64,000 nucleotides of DNA, taken from contig JBDRCO010000070.1 of assembly GCA_043821645.1 (NCBI GenBank), positions 32,001 to 96,000 on the forward strand, given 5' to 3'. This stretch comes from Pseudomonadota bacterium. Lineage in GTDB: Bacteria; Myxococcota; JACRCW01; JAFGSX01. Positions 30,166-39,384 of the stretch are shown here, piece after piece. Both the position numbers and the translations under genes were made by a program. Under the pieces are notes generated by a model that saw only the letters and a list, made by a program, of their open reading frames with translations, was not told the DNA's origin and did not search any database. Position 1 is the stretch's first letter; each line of letters opens with the position of its first letter.

Positions 30166-32310
30166 ATGAAGAAGTTCATCGACATCATCATGCAGGGCGA
30201 CGTGGTCATCGTGCTCAGGCGATACGCCGACCTGATGCTCGCCTTCCTGGTGGTCGCGGTCGTCGGGCTGATGATCATCCCGGTCCCGACCTTCATCATG
30301 GACCTCTTGCTGGTCCTCAACATCTCCATCTCGATGGTGATGCTGCTCATCTCGATGTACATCCCCAACGTGCTCAAGCTGGCGTCGTTTCCGACCATCA
30401 TCCTGGTCACGACCCTGTTTCGACTCGCCCTCAACGTCTCGTCAACCCGCCTGATTCTGCTGTACGCCAAGGCCGGTGAAGTCATCAAGTCCTTCGGCCA
30501 GTTCGTGGTGCAGGGCAACTTCGTCGTCGGCGCCGTGATCTTTTTGGTGCTGATCCTCATCAACTTCCTGGTCATCAGCAAGGGCTCGGAGCGCGTGTCC
30601 GAGGTGGCCGCCCGCTTCACCCTCGACGCCATGCCGGGCAAGCAGATGTCCATCGACGCCGACCTTCGTGCCGGCGCCTTCGATCTGGACGAGGCACGCC
30701 GCCGCCGTAACGACCTCGGCCGCGAATCGCAGTTCTTCGGCGCCATGGACGGCGCCATGAAGTTCGTCAAGGGCGACTCCATCGCAGGCCTGATCATCAC
30801 GGCCATCAACATCGTGGCCGGCATCATCATCGGCATCACCCAGAAGGACATGAGTGCCGGCGAGGCGGTCGAGACCTACTCCATCCTGACCATCGGCGAC
30901 GGTCTGGTCTCCATCATCCCCTCCCTGCTGATGTCGGTGTGCGCCGGTCTCGTCGTCACCCGGGTGGCCTCCGAGGAAGAGGGCACCAACATGGGTATGG
31001 ATCTGGCCACCCAGATCCTGGCCCAGCCCAAGGCCTTTGCCATTGCCGGCGGCTTCCTGTTCGTGCTGGGCATGGTCCCTGGCCTTCCCACCGTGCCCTT
31101 CACGGTCATGTCGGTATTGATCTGCGGCCTGTCCTACGGCCTGTTCAAGGCTCAGAAGGTCAAGGGGCCGGGCATGATGGATGCCGTCGAGGAGCGCGAG
31201 GAGGAGGTCAAGGAGGAGAAACAAAAGGCGGTGCAGCGCGCCAAGGTCCAGGAGGGACAGTCGCAGCAGATGTTGCCCGTGGTCACCCCCATTGCCCTCG
31301 AGGTGGCGCAAGATCTGATCCCGCTGGTCGACGACGCCCAGGGCTCAGCCTTCCTCAACGATATGATCCCGATGATGCGCGACGGCTTGTTCTACGAGCT
31401 CGGCGTGCGCTACCCCGGCCTGCGCGTGCGCGGCAACGAGGGCGATCTGCCCAAGGGCGCCTACATCATCATGATCAACGAGATCCCCCTGGTCATGGGC
31501 ACCGTCGACCAGGAGAAGCTGCTGGTCAACGACACCCCCGACCGCCTCAAGCTGCTCAACATCGAGGGCGAGCCCGCGGTCAACCCGGCCAACCAGAGCG
31601 AATGCGCGTGGATCAGCATCGTGCACAAGGAAGTCGCCGAGCAAGCCGGTCTGACGACGTGGGATGCAGCAGGCTACATGGTGCTGCACCTGTCCGCAGT
31701 GCTGCGCAAGAACGCCAGCGAGTTCGTCGGTATCCAGGAGACCCAGAACATGCTCGAGCAGCTCGAGCAGGCTTTCCCGGCCCTGGTCAAGGAGGTGGTG
31801 CCCAAGGCCGTCAGCCCCTTCCAGCTCACCGACATCCTGCGCCGCCTGGTCGAGGAGGAGATCTCCATCCGCGACCTGCGCAGCATCCTGCAGGCCCTGG
31901 CCGAGTGGGGCCCCGTCGAGAACGACACGGTCATGCTCACCGAGTACGTGCGCGCGGCGCTCAAGCGCTACATCTCGCACAAGTACACCCGCGGCCAGTC
32001 GACCTTGATCGTGTACTTGCTGGATCCGCAGATCGAGGAGACGGTGCGCTCCAGCATCCAGCACACCTCGTCCGGTAGTTACCTGGCCCTGGAACCCGAG
32101 ATCACGCAGGAGATCCTGGCCGCGGTGCGCAACGAGATCGGCAACCTGCCGCCCAGTGCCCAGCAGCCCGTGGTGCTGACCACCATGGAGATCCGGCGCT
32201 ACTTCAGAAAGCTGGTCGAGCTCGAGTTCCCGCACCTGGCCGTGCTGAGCTACCAGGAACTATCCCCCGAGATGAACATCCAGCCCATCGCCCGTATCAG
32301 TCTTGGTTAG
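30166..32310 (+). CDS. sctV: Type III secretion export gate, SctV/LcrD (FHIPEP family)
   Basis: FPTIILVTTLFRLALNVSSTRLIL, ERVSEVAARFTLDAMPGKQMSIDADL, ESQFFGAMDGAMKFVKGD, LTIGDGLV and VLSYQEL. Confidence 0.92.
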   Translation: MKKFIDIIMQGDVVIVLRRYADLMLAFLVVAVVGLMIIPVPTFIMDLLLVLNISISMVMLLISMYIPNVLKLASFPTIILVTTLFRLALNVSSTRLILLYAKAGEVIKSFGQFVVQGNFVVGAVIFLVLILINFLVISKGSERVSEVAARFTLDAMPGKQMSIDADLRAGAFDLDEARRRRNDLGRESQFFGAMDGAMKFVKGDSIAGLIITAINIVAGIIIGITQKDMSAGEAVETYSILTIGDGLVSIIPSLLMSVCAGLVVTRVASEEEGTNMGMDLATQILAQPKAFAIAGGFLFVLGMVPGLPTVPFTVMSVLICGLSYGLFKAQKVKGPGMMDAVEEREEEVKEEKQKAVQRAKVQEGQSQQMLPVVTPIALEVAQDLIPLVDDAQGSAFLNDMIPMMRDGLFYELGVRYPGLRVRGNEGDLPKGAYIIMINEIPLVMGTVDQEKLLVNDTPDRLKLLNIEGEPAVNPANQSECAWISIVHKEVAEQAGLTTWDAAGYMVLHLSAVLRKNASEFVGIQETQNMLEQLEQAFPALVKEVVPKAVSPFQLTDILRRLVEEEISIRDLRSILQALAEWGPVENDTVMLTEYVRAALKRYISHKYTRGQSTLIVYLLDPQIEETVRSSIQHTSSGSYLALEPEITQEILAAVRNEIGNLPPSAQQPVVLTTMEIRRYFRKLVELEFPHLAVLSYQELSPEMNIQPIARISLG

Positions 32311-32360
32311 AGGGACGTTCAGCCCGCCCCTCCCCCGTCGAAGTGAATTCGACAGGGCCC

Positions 32361-32458
32361 CCTCCCCGGCAGCGCAGTCATCGACAGAAGCCTTGGCGTG
32401 AGGGCGCCCGGACTGCACCTCACCTGCAGTGCAGAGATAGACAGAAGCCCTGGCGTGA
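32361..32458. repeat. Imperfect direct repeat (period 57 bp) in a convergent intergenic region
   Basis: CAGCGCAGTCATCGACAGAAGCCTTGGCGTGA (32370-32401) versus CAGTGCAGAGATAGACAGAAGCCCTGGCGTGA (32427-32458): 27/32 identical, with similarity extending about 9 nt further upstream. Confidence 0.75.
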
Positions 32459-32492
32459 CAAGGGCAGGCGCATGGTTCGCGCTGGAGTCCGG

Positions 32493-34931
32493 TCAGGGTG
32501 TGAAGTCGATGAACCAGCGCACGAAACCCTCGCCGCGCACGTCCTGCTGCAGGTCGTAGATCATGGCCATCCCGGAGAGCGGCACGTGGCCACTCAAGGT
32601 CCACTGCCAGTCCGTATTGCTCGAGCCCACGCCCGGTGTGATCGCGGGATCCGTGGCCTGGCCCGAGGGCGCCGCGTTGGTGCCTCCGATGTACAGCGAA
32701 GGTGCGCTGTCGACGAAGGCCGCGCGGGCTGTCCAGATGTCCTCCAGCAGCGCATCGACCTCGACCCGAGTCAGGCCATTGTTGGCAAGCTCCAGGACGT
32801 GCAGGCGGGCCAGCGACACCAGGGGCCCACTCCGCTGGTAGCTCAAGTTGTTGCCACTGAGAGCCAACCGCTCGAGCTGCGTCAAGTCGCCCAGCTCGGC
32901 GGGAATCTGGCCGCTGAGCTGGTTGTAGTCCAGGTCCAGAACCGTGAGACCGGTCAGGTTGCCCAGGGCCGCCGGGATGGCCCCTGTGAACTCATTGCCA
33001 CCGAGACTCAACACCTCGAGCGAGGTCATGGTGCCGAGTACTTGCGGCAGCGCGCCGCTGAGCGCATTGCCATAGAGGTTGAGGGTGCGCAGCTGGGTCA
33101 GCGCGCCGAACTCGACGGGAATGGAGCCGCTGAGACCGCACTGGGCCAGGTGCAGCTCGACGAGTGTTGTAACCTGCCCCAGGCTGACCGGCAGTGTGCC
33201 GCCCAGGTTCAGGTTGCGACTCAGGTCCAGGTGCTCGAGCGCCGTCAGGCTGCTCAGCCACGACGGAACGCCCCCCGTGAGACTGTTGTCATAGAGCATC
33301 AGGCGGTACAAGGACGTCAAGTTGCCCAGCTGCGAGGGGATGTCGCCTGCGAGAAGGTTCGCGCCGAGGTCCAGCACCTCGAGGTTACCCAGGTTGCCGA
33401 GTTCCACCGGGATCTGTCCGCTGAGCTCGTTGTTGTACAAAGACAGCTGCGTGAGGTTGCCCAGATTACCCAGCTCGGCAGGGATGGCTCCATTCAGCCT
33501 GGCGCTCGCAACGTAGAGTTCTCGCAAGCTGGTCAAGGCGCCGAGAAAGGTGGGCAGCGTCCCCTGCAACGGATTATGGCCGAGGTGCAGGTTCTCGATG
33601 CTGGACAGGTTCGCGAGCCAACTCGGGATGCCGCCGGTCAGCTGGTTGTCGTCGAGACTCAGACGCCACAGCGAGGTCAGATTGCCCAGTTCCGCTGGTG
33701 GTGCGCCCGTGAGGGCGTTACCACTCAGGTCCAGGTGCTCGAGGTTGGTCAGGTTTCCCAGGTCGGCGGGGATGGCGCCGATGAGGCTGTTCCCCCAAAG
33801 CATGAGCGTGGTCAGGTTCGCCAACCCCCCAAGGCTGGTCGGTATGGCACCGGTGAGTTCAGCGTGTCCGAGGTGCAGCTCGACCAGCGACACCATGTTA
33901 CCCAGGAACCCAGGGATGGGCCCACCCAGCGGGTTGTTGCTGAGCGACAGGATCTCCAGCTCGGTCAGGCCGCTCAGCCATGACGGGATCCCCCCTGTGA
34001 GGTCGTTGTCATCCAGCCACAGCCGCCACAGGTGGGAGAGACTGCCCAGACCTGGCGGTAGTGTGCCGCTGAGGTGGTTGCCGCTCAGGTCCAGGTGCCA
34101 CAGCGCGGCCAGATGGCCCAGCTCCGCCGGGATCGCGCCACTGAACTGGTTGCCGGCCAGCATCAGCACCTCGAGGCTTTCGACCTGACCGAGCTGTGGC
34201 GGGATGCCGCCGTTGAGGCGATTGTTCGTCAGTGCAAGCTGCTGCAGCACCGCAAGCTCTCCCAGCACGGCGGGTAGAGTTCCCTGCATGCCGCAGCGCT
34301 CGAGGGTGATGCTCAGCAATCCTGGAAGATCCTGGGTGCCTCGCGGAAAGCTGCGCAGCTGCGCATCCTGCACCTGGAGGCTGGTGACGAAGGGCGCGAG
34401 CCCGGCGGGAAGCAGGTCCACGTCGACAGGACCGCTCGTGGTCAAATTGTACGTGATCTGGGCCCCCGTGAGCGTGCTGCCATTGGAGAACTGCCAGGAG
34501 GCGACCGGCGCACCGCTTTCGAGCTGCACGACAGGAGAAAAGGTGGTCGGACCCTGCAGCTCGATGCGCAGGGCACCGGGAATGGCCGCATCGAGCTCAC
34601 CGGTGTCGGCGACCTGCTGGTCGGATGCTCCAGCGTCGGTGGCCACATCGGAGGTCGAGCCGTCCCCGTTCGCGGCGTCGAGAGAAGCTCCATCCCCGCC
34701 CACGGCGTCGAGCACTCCGGCGTCCTCTACTGCGTCCTCATCAGGGACGCATAGACCTGTGTTGACTTCGCACGCATAGTGGGTAGGGCAATCGTCACGG
34801 TGCGCACATCGATGCCAGGGCAGCGCTGGATCACATGCGCCGGCGGCGAGCAGCAACGAGCAGCAGAGGGAGATCACGAGGCCCTGCCTGCTCACACGCT
34901 TTGTTCCCGAGACATATGCAGGTCGTCGCAT
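32493..34931 (-). CDS. Leucine-rich-repeat lipoprotein with ~22 plant-type 24-aa LRRs
   Basis: Lipobox-like AAGAC, Cys module, D/A/G linker and repeated LxxLxLxxNxLxGxIPxxLGxL. Confidence 0.9.
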   Translation of the reverse strand: MRRPAYVSGTKRVSRQGLVISLCCSLLLAAGACDPALPWHRCAHRDDCPTHYACEVNTGLCVPDEDAVEDAGVLDAVGGDGASLDAANGDGSTSDVATDAGASDQQVADTGELDAAIPGALRIELQGPTTFSPVVQLESGAPVASWQFSNGSTLTGAQITYNLTTSGPVDVDLLPAGLAPFVTSLQVQDAQLRSFPRGTQDLPGLLSITLERCGMQGTLPAVLGELAVLQQLALTNNRLNGGIPPQLGQVESLEVLMLAGNQFSGAIPAELGHLAALWHLDLSGNHLSGTLPPGLGSLSHLWRLWLDDNDLTGGIPSWLSGLTELEILSLSNNPLGGPIPGFLGNMVSLVELHLGHAELTGAIPTSLGGLANLTTLMLWGNSLIGAIPADLGNLTNLEHLDLSGNALTGAPPAELGNLTSLWRLSLDDNQLTGGIPSWLANLSSIENLHLGHNPLQGTLPTFLGALTSLRELYVASARLNGAIPAELGNLGNLTQLSLYNNELSGQIPVELGNLGNLEVLDLGANLLAGDIPSQLGNLTSLYRLMLYDNSLTGGVPSWLSSLTALEHLDLSRNLNLGGTLPVSLGQVTTLVELHLAQCGLSGSIPVEFGALTQLRTLNLYGNALSGALPQVLGTMTSLEVLSLGGNEFTGAIPAALGNLTGLTVLDLDYNQLSGQIPAELGDLTQLERLALSGNNLSYQRSGPLVSLARLHVLELANNGLTRVEVDALLEDIWTARAAFVDSAPSLYIGGTNAAPSGQATDPAITPGVGSSNTDWQWTLSGHVPLSGMAMIYDLQQDVRGEGFVRWFIDFTP

Positions 34932-34991
34932 GGATCCCCCGAGCATCAACGGCGCGCCGCACCAGGTCAAGCTGTGCTACGAGATTGAGCA

Positions 34992-35633
34992 TCAGGCAGC
35001 CGGCTTCAGACCGGCCACGCCCACGGTGTGCCCGATCCAGGTGTCTTGCCCCAGGGCGTCGAGCGCGGCCTGCGCCACGTCGCCGGTGGAGATCGCACCG
35101 TAGTTCGAAGGGAAGCCATCCAGCTCGGTCTGGTAGCGCCCGGTGCGAGGACCCTCGGGCATGTGCGGCGGGCACAGCACGGTCCAGTCGAGACGACTCT
35201 GCCGGAGCAGGCCAAAGGCCGCCCGGTGATCGGCAAAGGCGAAGCGCAGGGCCGCTGGCATGTCGACGTCGCCCAGCAGCAGATCGGGTTGCGGCCCGGG
35301 AGTCAGCCCCTTGCTGCCGATGGCCACGAGACGCCGCGGTCCTGCCTGCTGCAGTGCCGCGATGATGCCGCGCATGCCGTCGGCGATGAAACTGCGCGGA
35401 CCTGCCACGCGCTTGCCCCCGATGGCCGAGATGACCGCGTCACAATCCTGAGCAGCTTCTGCCAGGAGCTCCACCTCGGAGGCGTCACAGGCGACCACGC
35501 GCAGCCAGGTGTGCTGCCGTTCGATGCGCGAGGCATCCCGAACGCAGGCCACCACCTGGTGGCGCGCCGTGAGCGCCTGGCTGACCAGGTGCTGCCCTAC
35601 CCTTCCGGCAGCTCCGACGACGAGGATACGCAT
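34992..35633 (-). CDS. NAD(P)H-binding oxidoreductase (flavin/biliverdin IXb reductase-like atypical SDR)
   Basis: MRILVVGAAGRVG, DAVISAIG, LDWTVLCP and ISTGDVA. Confidence 0.85.
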   Translation of the reverse strand: MRILVVGAAGRVGQHLVSQALTARHQVVACVRDASRIERQHTWLRVVACDASEVELLAEAAQDCDAVISAIGGKRVAGPRSFIADGMRGIIAALQQAGPRRLVAIGSKGLTPGPQPDLLLGDVDMPAALRFAFADHRAAFGLLRQSRLDWTVLCPPHMPEGPRTGRYQTELDGFPSNYGAISTGDVAQAALDALGQDTWIGHTVGVAGLKPAA

Positions 35634-35659
35634 GTGTGCCACCTGGCGCGCCGTGCCCC

Positions 35660-36625
35660 TCAGCGCGAATCGAGCAGGAAGAACTTGACCGCCACCAGGG
35701 CCGCAAGCAGCGCGACCAGCCCCAGAACCAGAGCCAGGACACGCCAGGGTGAAAGCGGAACAGTGCCGATCACACGTTCGGAATCCTGTCCATGCAGCAC
35801 GGCGCGGAAAACCTTGCCCCGGTAGCGGTAGGCCAGGACCCAGGCCGGCAGCAAGATGCGTCGCGTGGTCAAGCTGCGCAGAAGCAACTCGATGCGAATG
35901 CGCCGCGAACGCCTGCCTGGGACTTCCTGCGCTTGCACGTGAGCCTCGGCGCGGTCGTGCACGGCGCGCAGGATCTGGGCACGCGCTGCCGAGCGAGGCA
36001 CGCCGTAGTCCTCCTGCACCGAGGTGCCATTTTGACTGGCGCTGGTGACGCGAAGGTCGTAGTCCCCCAGGCCTTGCACCTCGTCGTCACGCAGCCCACG
36101 CGAGGCGGACACCAGCAGGCCATCCAGGGATAGCTCGCACTGTCCGGCGTGGGGCGCCCAGGTCGACTTGCGCGCGCCGGCGTCGGATTCCGCGGTCCAG
36201 CTCACCGTGCTATCCGCGTCCAGGACCCAGGCGGCCCAGTGCACGGCCTCGGTCTTCTCCAGCGCCGAGCGACTGGCCAGATCCCCGGGCGCCAGCCAGC
36301 GCCGCTTGCCCAGCCAGCGCCGCAAGGCCACGCGCGCCCGGCTGCGATCGACGGAGAAGGGAACCACCTGCTCGGCCCGCTCCACCGGATCCTGGCCCTG
36401 CTCCAGCTTGGCCACGCCGCCACAGAACGGGCAGCGCGCGCCCTGGCGCTGCACGTCAAAGTGCATGGGCGCGCCGCAGTCATCGCAGCGCAAGCTGCGC
36501 AGGGCCCCGGACTCGGTGCTTTCAGGTTGCGCCGGGACGGGCAAGGCGCACACGGGGCAGCGCAGATCGCCATGCTCGAGGTCACAGTGACAGCGGTCGC
36601 AGTTCCCGTTCGAGGCGCTGCTCAT
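35660..36625 (-). CDS. Zinc-ribbon protein with C-terminal TM (YdjG-like)
   Basis: Four CxxC pairs, VVPF, LLPAW...YRY...HGQ and a C-terminal TM. Confidence 0.75.
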   Translation of the reverse strand: MSSASNGNCDRCHCDLEHGDLRCPVCALPVPAQPESTESGALRSLRCDDCGAPMHFDVQRQGARCPFCGGVAKLEQGQDPVERAEQVVPFSVDRSRARVALRRWLGKRRWLAPGDLASRSALEKTEAVHWAAWVLDADSTVSWTAESDAGARKSTWAPHAGQCELSLDGLLVSASRGLRDDEVQGLGDYDLRVTSASQNGTSVQEDYGVPRSAARAQILRAVHDRAEAHVQAQEVPGRRSRRIRIELLLRSLTTRRILLPAWVLAYRYRGKVFRAVLHGQDSERVIGTVPLSPWRVLALVLGLVALLAALVAVKFFLLDSR

Positions 36626-37746
36626 GCCTTGCCTCCGAAGAGCTGCACCAGGATCGCGGCGACCAGCAGGAGCGCCACGAGCCCCACGGCTATGCCCACC
36701 TTGAGCGGATCCAGCGGAACCTTGCCATGCACCTTGCCACTCTGGCCGTTGACGAGCGTGCGCAGCGGGGGCTTCTTCGGATGCCACTTCAGGGTCATCA
36801 GCCACAGCGGCACCAGCACGCCATCGATGGTCTCTTGCTCGAAGCGCGACTGCACCTGCTTGATGGACCGCCGATCGCCTGGAAGAAAGGCCTGCACACG
36901 TCGGGTGACGTCCTCGCTCGCCTCCTTGCGCGCCAGCGGCAGGCACTGGGCCACGGTCAGCGCTGGCTCCTCTACTACCCAGCCCGCGATGGCCTTGTCG
37001 TCGAAGCGGATCATGCGCGCCAGGTCAAAGGGTTCCACGGCCTCCAGCGCGTCGTTGTGCACGCTGTGCGAGGCCGCCACCAGCACCTCACGCACGTAGC
37101 CCGCGAACTGGCCGGACAGGTCCGTCCACTCGATCTTGGGAACCTTCTTCTTGCGCTTGGTCACTGGGTCCGTGGTCGTGGTGTAGCCATAGATGATCCC
37201 GATCGAAGCGTCCCAGGAAGCCCTGGCCACCGCACCATACAGGTAGGTCGGTGTGTACGCGGCACGCACGCTGTCGACGGCAGCCTTGCGCAGTGCGGAC
37301 GGCGCAAACAGTCGCTTTCGGCTCTGCCAGGTCTGCACGCATTCCCGGGCGCGCTCCCGGGTCACCACGAAGGGCAACACGAAACTCGGGCGCACCACTC
37401 CCGGCCGCGGTGGCACCTCGACGATGGCTGCGGACGCGCAGAACGGGCACACCGTGGCGCTCTGGTGCCGATCAAGCTGCAAGGCCGTCCCGCATCCCTT
37501 GCAGCGATGCGAGGTGGCCAGCTGCCACGAAGCCAGCTCGGGGAGTACCTGACCCGGCCCTGGAGATTCTGCCGAGTTCTCCACGGTGGTCGCCCCCGGA
37601 CCTCGCCCCGCGAGACCCACCTGCGGCGCCTCGACCTTGGCCCCACACCTGCCGCACCGATCACCGGCGGAGCTGCGCCTGAGCATCACGGCGGTGCCGC
37701 AGCTCGGGCACGAGACCTGGATGCGTTGCTCGGAGAAGCCGCTCAT
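36622..37746 (-). CDS. Zinc-ribbon protein with C-terminal TM (YdjG-like), paralog of the downstream gene
   Basis: Four CxxC pairs, VLPF, PFDL, LVPLW, VNGQSGKVHGKVP and a C-terminal TM. 4-nt overlap with the downstream gene. Confidence 0.75.
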   Translation of the reverse strand: MSGFSEQRIQVSCPSCGTAVMLRRSSAGDRCGRCGAKVEAPQVGLAGRGPGATTVENSAESPGPGQVLPELASWQLATSHRCKGCGTALQLDRHQSATVCPFCASAAIVEVPPRPGVVRPSFVLPFVVTRERARECVQTWQSRKRLFAPSALRKAAVDSVRAAYTPTYLYGAVARASWDASIGIIYGYTTTTDPVTKRKKKVPKIEWTDLSGQFAGYVREVLVAASHSVHNDALEAVEPFDLARMIRFDDKAIAGWVVEEPALTVAQCLPLARKEASEDVTRRVQAFLPGDRRSIKQVQSRFEQETIDGVLVPLWLMTLKWHPKKPPLRTLVNGQSGKVHGKVPLDPLKVGIAVGLVALLLVAAILVQLFGGKA

Positions 37747-37845
37747 GGGTGCAGGCTATCGCCCAGGACAGGGCGGGCCAAGCCGCGACGTCGGTGTTGT
37801 GGAACGCAGGGACCGACGAGCTCGCCCCTCGAGGCACCCATGAGG

Positions 37846-39279
37846 TCAGTCATGCGCGTGCTCTCCCGAGGGCTCGACGTGAATGATGACCCGGCCGACA
37901 TGCTCGACGGCTTGCCGCAGACGCCTCTCGATCTGGTGCGTCAGAGCGTGGGCGTCGGCCAGGCTGACGTCGGGCGCCACCTCGCAATGCAGCGCCACGC
38001 TGAACACCTCGCCGGTGCGTCGCACGGTTACCTTGTGAGGTCGGCAGGTGGTGTCGAGCGTGGCCGCGATGTCCGCCAGGGCCAGCTCGACGCGCTCCGA
38101 TTCGGCAACGCTGGCGTGCTGGACCACCGAGCACGCGCCCACGGGTTCGACGTGGGACAGCACGTGGTCCACGCCAGGAAGTGCCTCGCGGGCGGCCGCC
38201 TCGAAGGCACTGGCGCGCCGGTGCGCCTCGGCCAGGCTCCAGTCATCGTGCGCCTCGAGGTGCAACTCCAGGGTGCGGGCCGCGTCCTCCTCGAGCACGT
38301 GCACGCCGTGGACCCCCAGATCCCAGCGGCCAGCCAGCGCGCGCACAGTGTCCAGCAGGTTCTCGTTGGCGGCGGCGACAGGGTCGACGTGGACCACCAC
38401 GTCCGCGCCCGGAAGCACCGTGCGCACCGCCGTCTCGGCCTGGTCCGCGATGGCGTGCGCGCGCTCCAGGTTGAGCCCGCGATCCATCGACAGGGTCACG
38501 TCGGCGAACACCTCGGGGCCCGCGCGTCGCAGCCGGACCTGCCGCACCTCGCGCACGCCCTCGACCTGCACGGCCTCGGTCACCACCTGGGTCAGCTCCG
38601 GTGGCACGGCGTCGATGAGATCGTCGACGCTCTTCTTGCCCAGTCGAAAGCTGATGCCGACGACGATGGCGGCCACACCCAGGGCCGCGACCGCGTCCGC
38701 CTGGGCCAGCCAGGTCAGACCGGTGGCCGCGGACACCCGCACCGCGATCAGGCCAACCAGGACCACCGACGACGACCAGATGTCGGTTGAAAAGTGCAGG
38801 GCATCGGCCTCGAGGGCCTGGCTGTTGTACTTGCGTGCAACCCGCATCAGGGCGCGGGAACGGCCATAATCCACGACGATGGACAGGCCGACCACGGCAA
38901 AGGCCCACCAGGTCGCCTCCACCGCCACCGGAGCAACGAACAGGCGATGAACGCCCTCGTACACGATCCACACGCAGGTCACGAGCAGCAGCAGGGTCTC
39001 GAACAGGGCACTCAGGTTCTCGATCTTTCCGTGACCATATGGATGGTCGCGGTCCGCGGGACGGGACGCGGCCCGCACCGCGAACAGGGTGACCACGGCA
39101 GCCACGAGGTCCAGGCCGGAGTGCGCGGCCTCGGACAGGATGCCCAGACTGCCCGTCGAGAAGCCCACCACCAGCTTGGTGGCGGTGAGCAAGATGGCGG
39201 CCAGCACCGAGGTCAGTGCGACGCGGTTCTTCTCGCGTTCCGCCTCGGGCGAGCCGTGCATTGGGGGCGCTGCGGACAT
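37846..39279 (-). CDS. Cation diffusion facilitator with three C-terminal ZT_dimer-like domains
   Basis: SEAAHSGLD, HPYGHGKIE, ADALHFSTD and three AH...(V/I)HV(D/E)P units. Confidence 0.9.
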   Translation of the reverse strand: MSAAPPMHGSPEAEREKNRVALTSVLAAILLTATKLVVGFSTGSLGILSEAAHSGLDLVAAVVTLFAVRAASRPADRDHPYGHGKIENLSALFETLLLLVTCVWIVYEGVHRLFVAPVAVEATWWAFAVVGLSIVVDYGRSRALMRVARKYNSQALEADALHFSTDIWSSSVVLVGLIAVRVSAATGLTWLAQADAVAALGVAAIVVGISFRLGKKSVDDLIDAVPPELTQVVTEAVQVEGVREVRQVRLRRAGPEVFADVTLSMDRGLNLERAHAIADQAETAVRTVLPGADVVVHVDPVAAANENLLDTVRALAGRWDLGVHGVHVLEEDAARTLELHLEAHDDWSLAEAHRRASAFEAAAREALPGVDHVLSHVEPVGACSVVQHASVAESERVELALADIAATLDTTCRPHKVTVRRTGEVFSVALHCEVAPDVSLADAHALTHQIERRLRQAVEHVGRVIIHVEPSGEHAHD

Positions 39280-39384
39280 GACGGTTGCTCACCACGATGA
39301 GACTGCCGTGACTTTATGGCCGGGCTGGAGGTGTCGCAATGCGTACGTGCAGGGGGGGCGGCTTCGGCCCGGCGTGGGCGGAGC

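Noticed and set aside
30166-32310. Flagellar FlhA call
   Set aside because: The signature residues match injectisome SctV better, and no flagellar genes are present.
32361-32458. Mini CRISPR array
   Set aside because: Only two degenerate copies, with similarity extending into the would-be spacer, and no cas genes or leader.
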